Shown here piece after piece: positions 25,597 to 41,820 of a DNA stretch of 64,000 nucleotides. The notes beneath the pieces are model-generated. The model saw only the letters and a program-made list of their open reading frames with translations, was not told the DNA's origin and did no database searches. The stretch's first letter is position 1, and every line of letters begins with the position of its first letter. This DNA comes from the human T2T-CHM13v2.0 reference genome, Homo sapiens: the NCBI RefSeq assembly GCF_009914755.1, contig NC_060926.1. The stretch is one strand, 5' to 3'. The position numbers and the translations under genes are program-made.

Positions 25597-27034
25597 TTAG
25601 TTATTTAAAAACACTAAGCTGGAGAAATAACAAATTTAAAACAGATATATTAACTGCTCAAGCCACCTGATATATATATATATATATATTATATATAAAT
25701 ATATGTATAAACAAATACATTTGACCGCTAATCCTAATTTCAACTAAAATTTATGAAAAAGTAGTGAGTGAATGTTACTTTATTTTCTAAGGAGTGCACA
25801 GAAATAAAGTGTTCTGTGAGGGTTCTTAGGAGTTTTCTTGTATAAAATTTTAGGATGGTATAATTCAATCACCATACTTACAAATCTCTAGCTGGCAAAA
25901 GCCATGTACTACTCATAATTTCACATGTTCTTCTTTAAAAAATGCTAGTAGAAATAATTTTTCTGGGTACTTCTTTCAGTATTCTCTGTTTCTCTAAGGA
26001 TAGCTTTATTCTTTAAACTTTGGTTTTACAGGGACATTTTCAGGTTTCATCTATAGTTTTCACATGGAACAACCCAATAAAAGGAAATCTGTAACCAGCT
26101 CAATGCTTAAGATATAAAGATTTATCCAAAGTACCGTGAGTTTTACACTGTAAATGGGAAGGATTTTTAAAGTTTGAACTTAATGTCAAAGTAGCATGCT
26201 GCACACTCCTAGTAACTTATTGCTGTTCAAGCAGTATCTTTTTACAAATGCAGGGGCAGGCAGGAGCAATGGAGAAAGTCAAGTTGAGCAAGAGGACAAC
26301 AATAGTGCCGGAATTGTAAGATGATGAAAGGAAAGAGGCTTGGCAAGTCTGGAGAGGATGGAAAGGGGTTCTAGCTTGAAGTCAATGGGTTACATTTGAT
26401 TGAGTGTTTACAGTGGGATCAGAGGGGCACAAGGAGGCTTGACATGAGAAAAAGTGCACTAAAATAGAGACAGACCATTTGTAAAAACAATTTAATGAAA
26501 ACAGAAGAGGAAATCACATGCATATGATAAGAGATTCTGAGTCAGAAAGGGATGGCGTACAGTACATAAATAAAGCCAAGTTCAGGGCAGGGTGAGAAGC
26601 CACCAATGATTAATGTGATGTTTTTATTTTTCTCATTTATGTTTTTCATTATTCAAACCCTATTCAAAAAATCAAATATACTCTTATCACTAAGTCTTGT
26701 GGTCTTAGATCTTCCTCAGAATATTTCTCAGTTTCCAATGCTTTATTGGTCTTTACTGGATTATTATCTGTTAACACTTCTCCCAGATGCCTGCACATCT
26801 AGTTACCAGGTTCCAAAGCTTGAAGATGTCGAGGTCTCCAAGAATGTAACACTTGTGGCAACCTAACTTTGGCAACTACGGTTTTCTAACTCACATTTGT
26901 AGAAAGTTAAAAAGCTCTAAGTTTCCATAATAATCTCATCATGCACCAAACACCCAAGTTAATGGACTTCTCTTTCTTAGCAGGAGCATCAGTACACAGA
27001 ATGGTGATTCTTGTTACCAAGTGGCAGTCCATTA

Positions 27035-27225
27035 TAGCAGTTAGGCTACTGGATTCAAATCCTGCCTTTGCCTCTTACTACCATAGGCCCTGGGAAAGTT
27101 ATTAAACCTTTCTCAGCCCATTTCCTCATCTGTGAGATAAAGATAAAAACAAGTCTTGCTTCATAGAATTATTACAAAAACTAAGTAAGTAGATATAGGA
27201 AAATTGCTTAGCATAATGCCAGTGT
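27035..27225 (+). mobile_element. MIR SINE
   Basis: ggattcaaatcctgcc...tttcctcatctgtgagat core. Confidence 0.7.
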
Positions 27226-29134
27226 TTAAATTAGAATGGTCTTCCTCATCAGTGTTGGGAATCTAATAGTTCAACAAATTTTTCTTAAAGACTATAGTTA
27301 TTTTGAAGTAAACATTTTGCATTTGAAAATTTAGGATTCTCTTCAGAATTTTTATTCCCTGAATCAATCCACTAGAGTTGCACAAACCAGCCCTTCCTTC
27401 AACAAGAAGGGAACCAGAAAGAATAAACAATGCTAGCTGTGGGGAAGGGATTATATTAGTGGCTTCCTTTTTCCCCCATACTGGCAGTAAATACAGTCCA
27501 AGTCTTTGCTGCATTTCAGAAGGCTATGTGAAAATACTTATTTGTAATTAACCAAGGAAAGGGGAAAGTTCGACAAGTCTGCTTGGGAATTTTAGATATC
27601 ACGATGAGGTTTGCAAAATAAGGAGCAAAAGAGCAACAAGAGTTTCCATCTCTTATTTGCTAATTTTCTCCATTAAATAATGTACTGTACGTTCTAATCT
27701 TTTTCTTAATTTGCTGAGATTATTTAGCAGAAAAGCATCAGAAAAATCTCAACCCTTGAGAATGCAATAGATTTCTCTGAAATGTTTAAACACAACTCAC
27801 CACATGGTAAAGAGTTTAACTGTACCCTTCAAAAATGCCATTGATCATGTTAACAAATAGCCATACTTTACCACAGATCCCATGGCTAATTGTTTTGTTC
27901 ATACTAAATTTGAAAGCAAAGTAATTTAAAGTTAGGCTGTCATTCTCCAAGCAAAAAGCAAAGACAAAATGAATTTTTAAAATAATTAGTTGAAGGGTTT
28001 CCACTATAGACTGTCTGAGTTGAGAAGCACTGATATTACACAGATTGTCAGATCCAGGGAAGAAATAAGAGCTGACAAGGGTTTTGGACAGTAGTCACTG
28101 AAACAAGGGAAGAGGGCTTTAATTAGCACAGTTTGCAGGTAAGAATCTGTGGCTTCAGATTGGAGGCAGAGCTTTCTAAGAACAAATGGCTTGATTTGAG
28201 AAATGTGGACATTGTATGACTTCTGACACCACCAAATTTTCATTCCAGAATTTTAAACTGCTGTTCCATGAGAAAAGTAGAGCTAGAACTTACAAAGGAT
28301 GAGAAAGTCAGAGGGTGGCCCCTGCTTTAGATTATTTGTGCCATAGGCAGTTTCTAGAAAGGAAATAGAAAATTCTAAACACTCTCGGCCGGTAAGTACT
28401 GCAAAGACAAATGTTCTTTTCTGATGTTTAATTTTTTTCTCTTAATTATCATTTTTAGTTCCATTTTTAGAGTTTTTGACTCTTAAATAGTGGCTTTTTA
28501 GGCCAGTCGATTTGTTCATTCATAAAAGCAAGCAGGCAAGATGAAAGGTATTCACTACATCTTTCAAGAGGCAGTACCTGGATGTTTGGTTCCCAAATGC
28601 AATCTTCTCTAATATTCACATTGAAAAAAAAAATGCCATTTAGAGTCTAAGTTGGCTTGAAAAAGAGTTCATACAAAGGGTACAGATGTCCACTTACCAT
28701 TTTCTTGTTTCTCAGTAATTCTCCTCCTTTCTCAAGAAGAAGAAAATGACAGATGGCAAAAATTATCTTACACGTTCCAGTAGAATGCCTGTTTACGAGA
28801 GGAGGTCAGAGCAATCAGTACATCTGGAAAACAAACCAGGAGATGACATATTAGTTATGCAAATATTTCTCTGGAAAGTAGGAACATAAGATATAGGAAA
28901 AGTCATACACGGGTGCTTTTCTTGTTCACAGCAACCTGAGTGCAGGTTGTAATCCACTGTGACTTGGGTGTCTAACTTGCCTTCCACCAAGGGAGAATGA
29001 TCGTAGACATGGTAAATGGAATTAATACAGTAAAGCCAATATAATAAGCACTGATGTTTTGTCTTCTGACAGCATATGAATGTGCAAGCATTAAGTTATA
29101 GGAGAAAAGGGGCTAATTTTAGATTTGTTCCTAG

Positions 29135-29281
<147 letters not shown>

Positions 29282-32200
29282 TAGCTTTTGAAGAGGGGTT
29301 CGCACAAAATACAAATATTTCACTACTGCATACCATTCAATGCAAGACCCCTCTAAGATCTGCCTGTGGCTTTTCAATATGGGCATGGCGGATGTATATT
29401 TTTATCCCATCTTAAAGTGAAAATAAACCTGCAGTGGGTTTATTGTGCAGCTTTCCATCTGGGGAATTAAAGCTGTTGTAAGCTGACTTCGTTGTGATCC
29501 CTATTATTTCGTGTTGATTTAAAAGGAGTATATTGGAAAGAACACAGTACCATCCTTTTGTAGTGACTGCATTCCTCTCTTTTGTAGAGCCAATGAAGCA
29601 GTTCACCCCATTTTGTGGTGTATGACCCAGGATATAGGGTAGGGTAAATGCCAGGTATTTTGTTTTGAATGTAGATAAGACCTTAGGTTTAAAGTTAAAT
29701 ATAAAATTCAAGAAATATTAAATAAAATTAGCATTGCACTTAAATTGAAGTAATAAAGATTAAAAAGTTTAGGGCCTTTATTGTAGGTTTTTATTACAGT
29801 GGAACTGTGCTCTCACAGTAACTGCTATAGAGAGCAACTTGTTTTATTTACGACATTATAGGTTCCTTTTTGTCCCTCATGGAATGGAGAGGTTGAACCA
29901 ACTATAATATCCTAATCACCCAAAATCAACATGATGCTGCAGAGAAGACAATGCAATGCTATAAACCCAAGATAGCGCATCAACAAAGCCAATAGCGCAC
30001 TTTGCCTTATGACCATGTACTACCAAAAAGGAAAAAATAATTCTTTACTAGGCCACATTCCACAAATGTTCTGTCATTAATATCTGCTGGAAAAAGTGGT
30101 TCTAGCCCCTAATTAAGATAAGCTCACTCTTATGCTGAATTCCTATGCCTTTTCTTGAGTTGGCAATGGCCATCTTTCTCTATTATTTTTTGCTCTGAAT
30201 TTGGAGCTCACCTACTAATCTTTTCCTTTACAGAAGGGTAATTAGTAAAAATAAGCATAAAGATATCTTTTACCTTTTATAAAAGATAAAAAAATATTTT
30301 TAAAAGATTTTTTAAGTAGCTCTGGTTATTTCTGATAATAATTTTTTTGTGTTTTGGTATCTTCCAAAGGACTTATTAAAAACCTTTGTGACATTTTCCA
30401 GATACACGTTTTGCTATTTCTGATCATATAAATCGATTAACTTGAATATTAAGTTGCTCATCTCGCTCCTCTTTTTCTTCTTATCTCCTTTCTCCAATCT
30501 ACCTGTCATAGTGACCACTCTCTCACTTAGCAGAAAGAAATAACGCTCCTGAAGTTCTAACTCATCAAAAATAAATATATGCAAATATATTAAATTTAAG
30601 ACTTTAAAATTTTAAAGGGACTGAAGAAACTGGAAAAGATACAAGAAAGAACAATAAGAGGATTTAGTGGTTGAAAAATAGGACCTATGAGGACAGACAG
30701 AAAGAGTTAGCATAATTTGTCCTAGAGAAGAAAGGCTCAGGTGAGACCAAACTGTCATAAAATATATGAATGGTGAGTCTAAAGTAGAAGAGAAAGTATT
30801 ATTTTTCATTTTCTCCAAGGATAAAAGGAAGAAAAACTCAACTACCTAATCAATCTTTAAAAACTGGATTGACAGGTCTTGGACTGAAGACTGCACTTTT
30901 TTTTTTCTTTTTTTCCCCTGGAAGCAACTGTCTAAACAAGTCCTTGAGGCTCTTGCCTTCCCCACATGGCTCTGGTTAGCTTTGTCTTACTTTTAGCTTT
31001 GTCTCACAATTATGGTTATAGTTAAAATTTCTTGTCTAGACACATCCAGCATATTCATAGAATTAGAACATGTAAAGCATACGTTTAAAACAGTTTTTAC
31101 ACATGCATCTATCACATCCTTCTAGCGACCCTACACTAAAGCCCATAATATACCCAGAGTTAATGTCTATGTCATATGTTAAATCAGCCACTACAAACTA
31201 GTTACACTTAATTTGATGTCGCCCAAGATTATCCTATTTCTCTCAACCATGTCAGAGTAGAAATTTTTCTCCAAATGAAATCCTCTTTTTACAAAAGTGT
31301 ATAATGAATAGACTTTACTTGTTCAATCAGTTAATTAATTAGTAACCACTAGTATTTCTGATAAACAGATGCTAAGTACACAAGGTATGTTAAGTTTTCT
31401 GATATTTTTTAAATCATGAAGCACTATGAAATGGCCACTTCTGTTCCCTCTTGGTACTTCCAAACAAATTTTCTTTTCTTAAATAAGGGAAATGAATCTG
31501 AATTTAAATTAGTGGAAGGACTGATTGTAATGTAACATTATGAGATGTTATCTTTTTGTTATTAAATGCCGCTAGTTAGTCACATATGCCCCAAAACTAA
31601 AGTATAATCATTGCCAAAGAAGAGTATATCAAGAACCAATGAAGACACGTATGACCACCAGTGGTACCAATAATTTTATTGAGAAGACAGACTGAGTCCC
31701 AGGTTTTGTTGGCTCTCATTCTAAGCCTAGCCCAGAAAACAGAAACAGATGAATGATATATAGAAGACATGGAGGAAAAATAAATGTTTATTATGACAGT
31801 ATAACTGGAATAACTTAAGTTTCCAACACATGATTTAAGTCTATCTCATTATATATGGTTATTAACTATAACCATAATAAATATGCCCATTATAGTATAA
31901 ACTATTTTAAATATAGTTGCTATGTCATAGATTTTTAAAAAGCAACAATAAGCTAAAAATATATACTATGGATTCAAGGTAGATGCAACTAATTTTAACC
32001 TATAAACAGTCATAACATTTTCTACATTTTCTTAAATCTTCATAAATGGTTATTTTGGCGGGCAAGTAATTTTCAGTTTGCATAAATGCTTATTATCTTG
32101 GCTGTCAAATACTTTGGTTTTTCATATTAAAATTGATTTTTCTGCCTTCCTGAATTACAACTTGCCAAAAGCATGAGGCATTAAAGTTATAAAACTTTTA

Positions 32201-34422
32201 AAATATGATTTAAACTTTATATTAAAGATATAAACTTTTGAATGTGATGGAATCCATCACACCTAACCTTATAACTCAACATTAAGCTAATATAGAAATA
32301 TTTGTTTTGATATTATTTAAGAGCAAACAAAACAAAGAAAGATAACAATATGTATGTAGTTTTTCCGTAAAACTGTTTACCAATGAAAATAAACAATTAT
32401 CTTTGGAAATAAATACTTTAATATTATAAAGTGCAGGGTAATCTACTCCCTAAACAATGGTACCATGTCTTTATTCTTGATAATATAATTTTAAGAATAA
32501 GTTTAAGAACATATATTTCCAGGAATTTAATTGTGTAAAGAAGAGAGTTTTAAATTTTCTTGTCTCAGTGATTACCATAAACAAGATTTTCAATGGTTGT
32601 CAATGACTATACCCAACAGTAATCTATTCACATTAAAATTAGTTCAGTACCAAGAACAGTCTATCGATTTAGCCTGAATAAAATAAAAACACTAAGGAAA
32701 GATATGAATGACTGGACAGAGTCTATGTAAGACACATAATAGGAGGAAAAAGATGAGAGTAATTTTTATTTGGTGAGAATTGGGGGGATTGACATAGGAA
32801 TTTATTGTTTCTAAAAATATTATTAAGCATTTATTTCTCTTTCCTTTACACAGCTCCAAGAACTAGCAATACAAATGCCTTCCTGAAAAATATGACATTT
32901 TCAGACTGTTTTTCTTTCCCTGAGATTGTGTTACTTTGACCTATCTTTCAGCCCCAGGCCTTTCCATGTGAATTAATGAGCACTCTTTATGGATTTTTGT
33001 TTTTATGGTATGAAAAAAATAATTTAGCACAGCATCTGTTTAAAGAAAACATTATGGTTTGGAATGTCACGGCAATATTTCAAACATTGGAAACTGACCA
33101 TAAATTTGACTAGTAATGTGGCTATATGTATATATTTTATATATATAGCTAAAAATACCTATCGTTTATTTTTGTATGTGAATTAATATTAATTTCAAAC
33201 TCTTGCTCTGCAGCCACTCATTCCATTCTTCAGTTGTTCATACATTCTAATATTTTTGTCCCAAGTCATTAAGAATCCATATTTATAGAATGCTGAACAT
33301 CTGCATTAAAAAATAAAATATGTAGTCAGTTATCAAAATATTTGATCATTGGAGCATCCAAATGACAGACTGCATTTTTTACATTTCATTAGCTGGTTTG
33401 TCAGTGAGTTCTGTGTTTTCACTGGAATACACAGTCAGTCATTATTCAAGGCTCAGAAGGAAATGTTACCCCATGAAAAATTTGAAAAGACAGAACGCTC
33501 CCACAAAATCCTGTACACACATTAAGTTTTCAGTTCCTTTCAACTAAATTAAAGTTGTCACAAGCCCTGTTCAAATATTTAATTCTATGTCCCTCACTCT
33601 CTTCTAGTTTAGTAGTGATGCAAATGGGCAGAAAATAAACTAGGCAAAGGGGCAAATATTAATAGAAAACAAGAGGACAACAGAGGGGATGAGCCATGCA
33701 CAATAAGAAAGAGAAGGGACTTCACAGGCATCCAATACCTTCTAAAGGTCCTTGGGAGAACATATTTGCCAAATAAAATTGTTAATATATCTAATACACA
33801 AAGAGCTCCTTAAAATAAATAAGAAAGGAAAACGATTCTGCAGGGAAGGAAATGGGCAAAGAGCAAATAAAGGAAATTTACATAAGAAAATGAATTGTCT
33901 AATAAATATATAAAAAATATATAATAATCACCAAATGGATAAGGAGATAGAAATTAAAACAATGGGATGTCAATTTTTTATTGATGATAATGTGGGATTG
34001 ATGGTGCCTCATATCAGCAAAAGTATTGAGAAGAGTTAAGAAAGAGTGGAGAAAATGTTATAAACTTTTTAAAAGACACTTTCTTTCAAAATGTTTGTAT
34101 CCCTCAAAGTCAGCAGTTTCACCTTTTGTACTTTTTCCCACATTCACATACAAAATTTTCACCCCATTTTGAGAGTGAAAAGTTGGGAGAAAACCTAATA
34201 ATTCTTCACTGGGATAATTAAATATATAACAGCCTTTTAAAAGACTACTGATATTTTTTACTGCCATGTAAAATAAAGCAAAAACTGTTTAGAAGAATAC
34301 ATATCATTTTGTATGTAATATAATGTATACTACATATCTAATGTGTACATTTTATGTTATATAATTTAAAATAAAATATGTATCTTATAATAAAATAAGA
34401 TTTTTATTTTAAATAAGATACC

Positions 34423-34715
<293 letters not shown>

Positions 34716-35604
34716 AATAAGATATCATTTTAAATAGATATTGAGTTTGTATGTGTATACGAAAAAAGTTAAGTGGCTACATAATAGAATGTTAATAATG
34801 ATTCTTTTAGGCAGAAGTGAGAAGGTAGAGAAAAGAGCTAAAGTCTTTAAAACATTAAATATTTACAAATTAACAAAAACAATAGATGTGAACAGGTAGT
34901 TCACATACAAAATACAAAGTTTCACAAAATACAAAAATTATTATCTCACTAAAAAATCAAATTAGATTATTTTTAAACCCCTTTTTATTTTTGCATGTTG
35001 CATTGATAAAAGTTCTGAAAGAATACACACCAAATTTTTAACAGTACCCAGTGATCAGAACAGGAAGTAAGAAGTGGAAGTAAGAATCTAGAAGCAGAGA
35101 ACTTTGATATTTTATTTCACAGGACTCTTTATTAAATAATTTTTACAAATCTATATTTATAATTTAAAATATTTTATCAAACATTTGAAGAAAAAATAAT
35201 CCTAATTTTATTGAAATTTTTCTAGAGAAAAGGCAAGAAAAAAGCTTTCTTTTTTAAAATGGTATATAAATTGATACAAACCAAAGATTGCAAACTAAAA
35301 AAATGAAGCTAAAAAGCTACATTGCTTATGATTATTAATGGGGAAATCTTAAATAAAATACCATTACAAAATCCTTGATCTAAATCCCTGAGTTCTAGAT
35401 TTTACAGAGGAAATGCAGTTCATATATTGTATAACATATTACTAGTGGTCTAGGAAAGCATTCTTCAATCAATTACGTGAATATTTCTGCAACAAAATAT
35501 GTAATAATGATACTAAGGAGACTGAATAAAAATAATGAAGAGTCTAATATCATCTCAGGTTAGGGTTTAATCTCACCTGAGTTTTTGTATCGAAGTCATG
35601 AAAA

Positions 35605-35916
<312 letters not shown>

Positions 35917-38900
35917 TCAGAGATTGTCAGAAAGGCATTGTATATTTTGTTAGCAAACAGAAGCTAGCAGCAGATCAAAATAATTATGCAACCTAACCAA
36001 ATGGGATTTACTAGGGGTCTGCAAAGATAGTTCAATATTAGGAACCCCGTTAGTATAATTTGCCTTGTTAGTCATTTGAGGAGAAAGAGCATGTTATTTC
36101 TATAAAATGACATTGTACATGAAAAAGCAAAAAGTAATGACAAATATTCTTGATAAAACAAGACTGAAGTGGACAATTTTTACATGATAAAAATATATCT
36201 ACCTCAGCCTAAAAGGCCGGAGTTATGTTTGGTAGGTAAACACTAAAGAAATTCCCGATAAAGTCAGGAATAGACAAGGATGTCTACTATCATCTTACAT
36301 TTCAGATACATAGATAGATGAATACATACATACTAGCTAATGTAATTAGAAAAGAGAATTCAAGGGAGGAAAATTGGAAAGAAGGAGGTAAAAAAGGTCA
36401 CTATTTGCAGATGATATGTGATTGCATTCTTGAAAGCCCCAAGAAAATTGACAAAAACTACTATAAGCAAGAGAATTTAGTAAGATAACGGTACAAAATG
36501 AACGTGCAGATGTCAAAACATTTATATATACACATATACATATATAAAATAACACATATATGTATTAAAAGAAAAATTTGGCACTAGTGAATGATGCAGA
36601 GATATCAATAAAATATAATAGAAAGTTTAACAGTCCTAACTACATATGAAAATTTGGTATGCAATGAAGTTGTACTTCAAATCAATGGGAGAAAGCAGGT
36701 TTGTAGAACAAACTGTGCTGGGAAACTGGATAGTTATCAGAAAAAAAATTTAATACCTACTTTATCCCATAATTCTCATATAGAAAGAGCTCTTAGAAAT
36801 TGATTGTTTTAAAAAGATCAATGACTCTATCTTTAAAATGGGCCAAAAACTTCAAAAGACATTCCAGAGAAAATGAATAAACATTAATTTGGGGGGATAC
36901 ATATTTTACAAAAGCCACAAAGTTTATTAAAACCTATTAAAAATAATAAGGAAACAAACCAGGTTTCTAAATGTAAAAACTCAAATTTATTAGGTTATCT
37001 AACAATAAATTAAATGGAAATTCTATACAATTTTCTATGGGATGTAACTTTTTAAATAAGTTGACAAAATAAACATTTCTTGTGAAAATGTTAAATACAT
37101 GAAAAAATGCATTTGGGGCATTGGAAAATTCAACCTACCAGCTGTATTAATATATAAAGATGTAATTTTAACCAATGTGCTATTGGAACAGAAATAAACA
37201 GAAGTGACTAGAAAGTAAAAAAGTAACCCATGTGTGTATTACAATTTAGTACACAATTAAGGTGACATCCAAATATCTGATGAAAGATGTATTGGTCTAG
37301 AAAAGTTCATTTTTTGAAAGTGAAGTTACATTGCTACCTTACCGATTATATAAAAAGATAAAAATAAATTTAAGTTGGATTAAAATTCTAAATCTAAAAA
37401 ATCAAATCATAACGGTATGTTGAAAATACTGTAAATATTAACTTGTTCTGAGAATAGGGAAGCTCTTCCTAAACATAAAAGCAAATAGTTTCTAAAAGAA
37501 AAAATGTATGGGTAACATATAATTTCATCTGTAAGTTTTTTCATATATTAAAAGAAGATTGCTATCATGTTGAGTAGTTAGGTTAAAAAAAATAAACAAA
37601 TATAAATAAGATAGCATCTAATTTAGGAAAGGTAAAATGTAACAAGCATTCTCACACACTACTGGTAAGAGTGTAAATGATATATGCTCTCTGAAGGGTA
37701 GTAAAAATGTATGGACCTTTAATGCAGCAATGACACTTTAAAAAATTGATCAAAAATAATGAGAGAAGAATTTTAAATGGTGTATATGGATATAGTTGTT
37801 ATAAAGTTGTTTGATAATAGCAACAATTTGGAAAAACTGAAACCTAAATATTTAAGAATAAAGTGACTGGTTAAAGAAACCACAGTATATCCATATGAAC
37901 TACTAAGAAAGCATTTTAAGTAATATTATAGAAAAAAAAAGCATTTCCCTCACAAATATGTTTACAATATTAAACTAATGAGCCAGAAACTATACATGTA
38001 TGTACATATATGTGTGTATGTATGTATGTACATATATACATATTTATAGGTCATATATAGAGAGACCCTATTTTTACTAAAAAGAAAATACATGTATAGG
38101 AAAAAGACTAGAAGGAAATACTTCAGAATATTAGTACTGCTTAACTCTATATGATATGATAACTTTATATGCTAATAGATAATTTTTATTTTCTTCCTTT
38201 GACAAACCTGTATTTTCTAAATGTCCTGCAACAAGTACATATTATCCTTGTGATTTAAAATTACTATTAAAAAAGAAAATAAAATTTATAACCAAGATGA
38301 TATAATTTTTTCTTTTACTAAAAAAAACAATAGCATGTTCCTTATGAGAAATTATACTATGACTTCTTATTAAAATTTGTACTCTATCAACTAATTAACC
38401 AACTAATAATTTCTACCCCTTGACTTTTCAACACCTTTAACTATGAGATTCTTTTCAAAGCATTTAGAAAGCCTCATTGACCATTTTATGCATCTATTAG
38501 GGAAATTGCTAAAATATTCACTTAAGTATATCCATTTACATTTTTATGAAACTACGTGAAAAACCAGCTTTTTAAATTTGAGAATTGGGTGCAAATTGTC
38601 CACCTTAATTTAATATGTTCTCACTTCTTTTTAGGTAGACAATTAGTGATAAGCATAACAGACATGAAACAAACACACTGAACATGAAACATTTTCTGGC
38701 AGCTGCACACATATGTTGGCTGCAGAGCCCCTGAAGCAGTTCATGATGCAAGCATGTCCTATGAAAGGCAGTTTCAAAGTCTGCATCTCTACAACTGAAG
38801 GTCAGAATTATCATATTCTTATAAAGTAGATGTCAAAACAGAATAGTTATAAATAGCTATTTTAATGAGCCACAAACAATAATTTCCTATTTCTTTCATA

Positions 38901-40639
38901 AAGCTTCCTCCAAAATATGAAAGAAAATATTTATGTTTATATTCTCTTATACCAACAGGATTCCCTCTTAATTCATCAGCAAATTAGATTTTAGAAGTAT
39001 TATTTTACAATGTTGACACAATAAAAATTAATGCCATGTTCATTTCCTGCTAATCATATCGCTTCTAGAATTATTAGGGCTACCTGGTCTTCAAGAAAAT
39101 GCAGAAAGGAAGGCTAACGTGCAAAATTTTGAATGTTTTCTGTGTTTCTCACTTAAGATATGGAAAATACTTGGGGACTATTTTTTCCCTAAGTAAATGT
39201 TTGAAATGTTGAGTCCAGTCCCCCCACAAAACATACATTTTTTCCCTTGAAAACAGACACATTAGGAAGTTGCATGCACTGCTTCAAGTGGTATGCAATA
39301 CTTTAATGTTCAGTACCCCATTCTGCAGGACGCTTGAGAGACTGATGGAAGGGTGTTGAACACATACATAAGGAATTTTTTTTCATAAACATTCATATAA
39401 TCTTGGAGATAATCGGACTCAAAAACAGTAGCTAGGCATACTGCTGAGTGTATCCCTGAAAACTATTCTTAAACCTCGTTCCTGTCTCATTCTTGAACCT
39501 CTCTTCATTTACGGTTTTTATAGAATATTCCTGATTTCTAGGATTGTAGACAGACTCTCTAATAAACTACCTCTGTGAAGTGTGCATGGTAGAAACTGGG
39601 AAACTGGGATCACCTTGGGAGTTGGATATAGTTTCAGAATTAAATGGGGTGGGGTCTGACTGGGAAGTGAAGGCATTCGCTGTTGCCAAGATTCATGAAT
39701 ACCTAGAAATGATATCTCTCCAGAGAGGTTCAAACCACTGGCTACGGGAGAGCCTCATTGAAGGTGCAATACAACTCCTCAGTCTCAGGAGTGGTGAGTC
39801 TCCAGTCCACAGTGACCCCCAAGCTCTTCTTCACAGAGCCCAGACATCCATGTATCTCTCAGAGGTACCCAGAGATCAAGTGGTAACTGCTCACACTGAA
39901 GGCACAAATTAAGGTACACAGTCTAACTTCATCTAAACCTACTCTCTGATGTAGACATGCTAGGAAGTTACATTCACTTCTTCACTTCACATCAGCACTG
40001 GGATATAATACCCTAAGCTTTTCAGGGAGTTGGAATCCCAGAGCCAACCGCGCCCTACCACCCCACCACCATACCCTGAACTGGTTTTGTGTAACCTTTG
40101 TGCAGGCTGACAAAAATAAAAACAAAGCTGTGGTGTGTTCTTCATCCTTAAATGTAAATGCCTTCAAAAGAGTTCAGGCAAGATGAGCCTAGAAGGCCTC
40201 TAGAAGGTTATCCCTCTATCTTCCTCAGAAGTTTTACACATCTGGAACAAGAGACTCTAATGTTCAGATTCCTCGGGCACAGAGTCCCAGATTCCCTCCG
40301 TCTAAACCTTCTTGGGCTCTTGCATCTCCACGTCATTGTTGAAGAAGGATGCTGGGTGGTCCTGAAAAGATCCCAACCCCTCCTTTCCCAGCAGTCACTG
40401 TCTTACCCTCACTGCCTGGCTTGGAAATCTTAGGACTGATCTCATGATGCCCTTTTTCCCTGCTTGTCTCAGACCCCACCAGAAGCCCAGAACCACCAGG
40501 GTATCCCTCAAACCCTGGACTGTGATCCCCATGTGGTTCTATGAGCTATGAGTTAACAACCCAAATCACCACTGACGAGTCCATTTTGCTGCTTTATTGT
40601 TCTCCACCATACCTACTGCCACATAAACAACTACTTTAC

Positions 40640-40785
40640 CTATTGACTTACTGGTCTCCCCTCCTCAGGACACAGGGGTAAACCCCATGAAAGCAAAGAT
40701 TTCTATCTATTTTGTTCACAGTTGTATTCTTACTATGTACAACACATTGTAGATGCAAATATATATGTTTGTGAATAAATGAATC
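40640..40785 (+). mobile_element. L2 3' end
   Basis: ccccatgaaagcaaagatt...ttgttcacagttgtattc...gtgaataaatgaat. Confidence 0.6.
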
Positions 40786-41230
40786 CACACACACCCATAT
40801 TGTATCTTCAATATAGCTGTAATTAAATAAGAAGTCTGATTCTTTGAGTTATTTTAAATTACCTTTTGAAATGTATGTTTTCTATTTCATACAGAATAAC
40901 TTTCACATGGAGAGTCTAGGATGCTTTTGGTGGTGGGAAGGAAGGTGCTTCTCAGAAGATTACTTTTATAATTAAGTTTGGTTTTGTTTCCCACTAAGAT
41001 TAGCCTGCACATATTAACTGATAGGAGGCAGAGCCAGATGATCTAGAAAAGACAGACGGATTGCCAGGGGAAACCAAGTCTAGCTTGAACTTTTACTGTT
41101 TCATAATCTCACCATGGATACCTAAAGCTCCTGTTTATTAAGAACAGACTTCATGTAATGTGTGGGTCGCTTTAGTGCAAAATTAATGTTATACATTACC
41201 CAGTATCATTCTCAATGATTTATCAAATTC

Positions 41231-41820
41231 TAAAGATAAAGTATGTTAATGTCTGCAAAACACCTGAAACATACCAGGGCTTAATAAACAAGAGCTAGTG
41301 TTACTTAGTAGTTACATTAATTATCATCATTAGACCAGCCATTGAGAAAACATGTGAAAAGGGCAGCTGTTCCCTTAGAAGGTACCATCAGCAAACACCC
41401 CTTTCCATCCTATTCTCCCAGCACTCAATGCCCTCTGAGTCATCCTACAGGCACCTATCCCAGATGTCTTCTCCTCTATGGGCCAGGACCCTCCTGCTGT
41501 TCCCGTCATCCAAGGTTTGCTCTTCCCCACATTCCAACTAATTGGGGCCATATTTTATGACTCAGTCATCTGATTAACCCCAAAATGCTCCACCTTGGGA
41601 AAATATAAGTAACTAAACTGGTGTGTTTAATACCTGATGTCCCAGCTATTTCCCTCAAATGTTTAGTGGCATTCATTATGAAAATTGTAGAAGGGAAAGG
41701 GATTGAGAGTGTGAGAGTATTTTTGAATGTGTGTGGATACCTAGATATACACTGTGGTAGGCTAGAAGTATTGAGCAGCTTTTCTGTCCATCTCAGATAA
41801 CATAGCATAGGGGGTTGATT
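41231..41820 (+). repeat. Left arm of a long inverted duplication
   Basis: Reverse-complement similarity to 42812-43416; 43-nt perfect match 41323-41365 vs 43285-43327. Confidence 0.92.
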
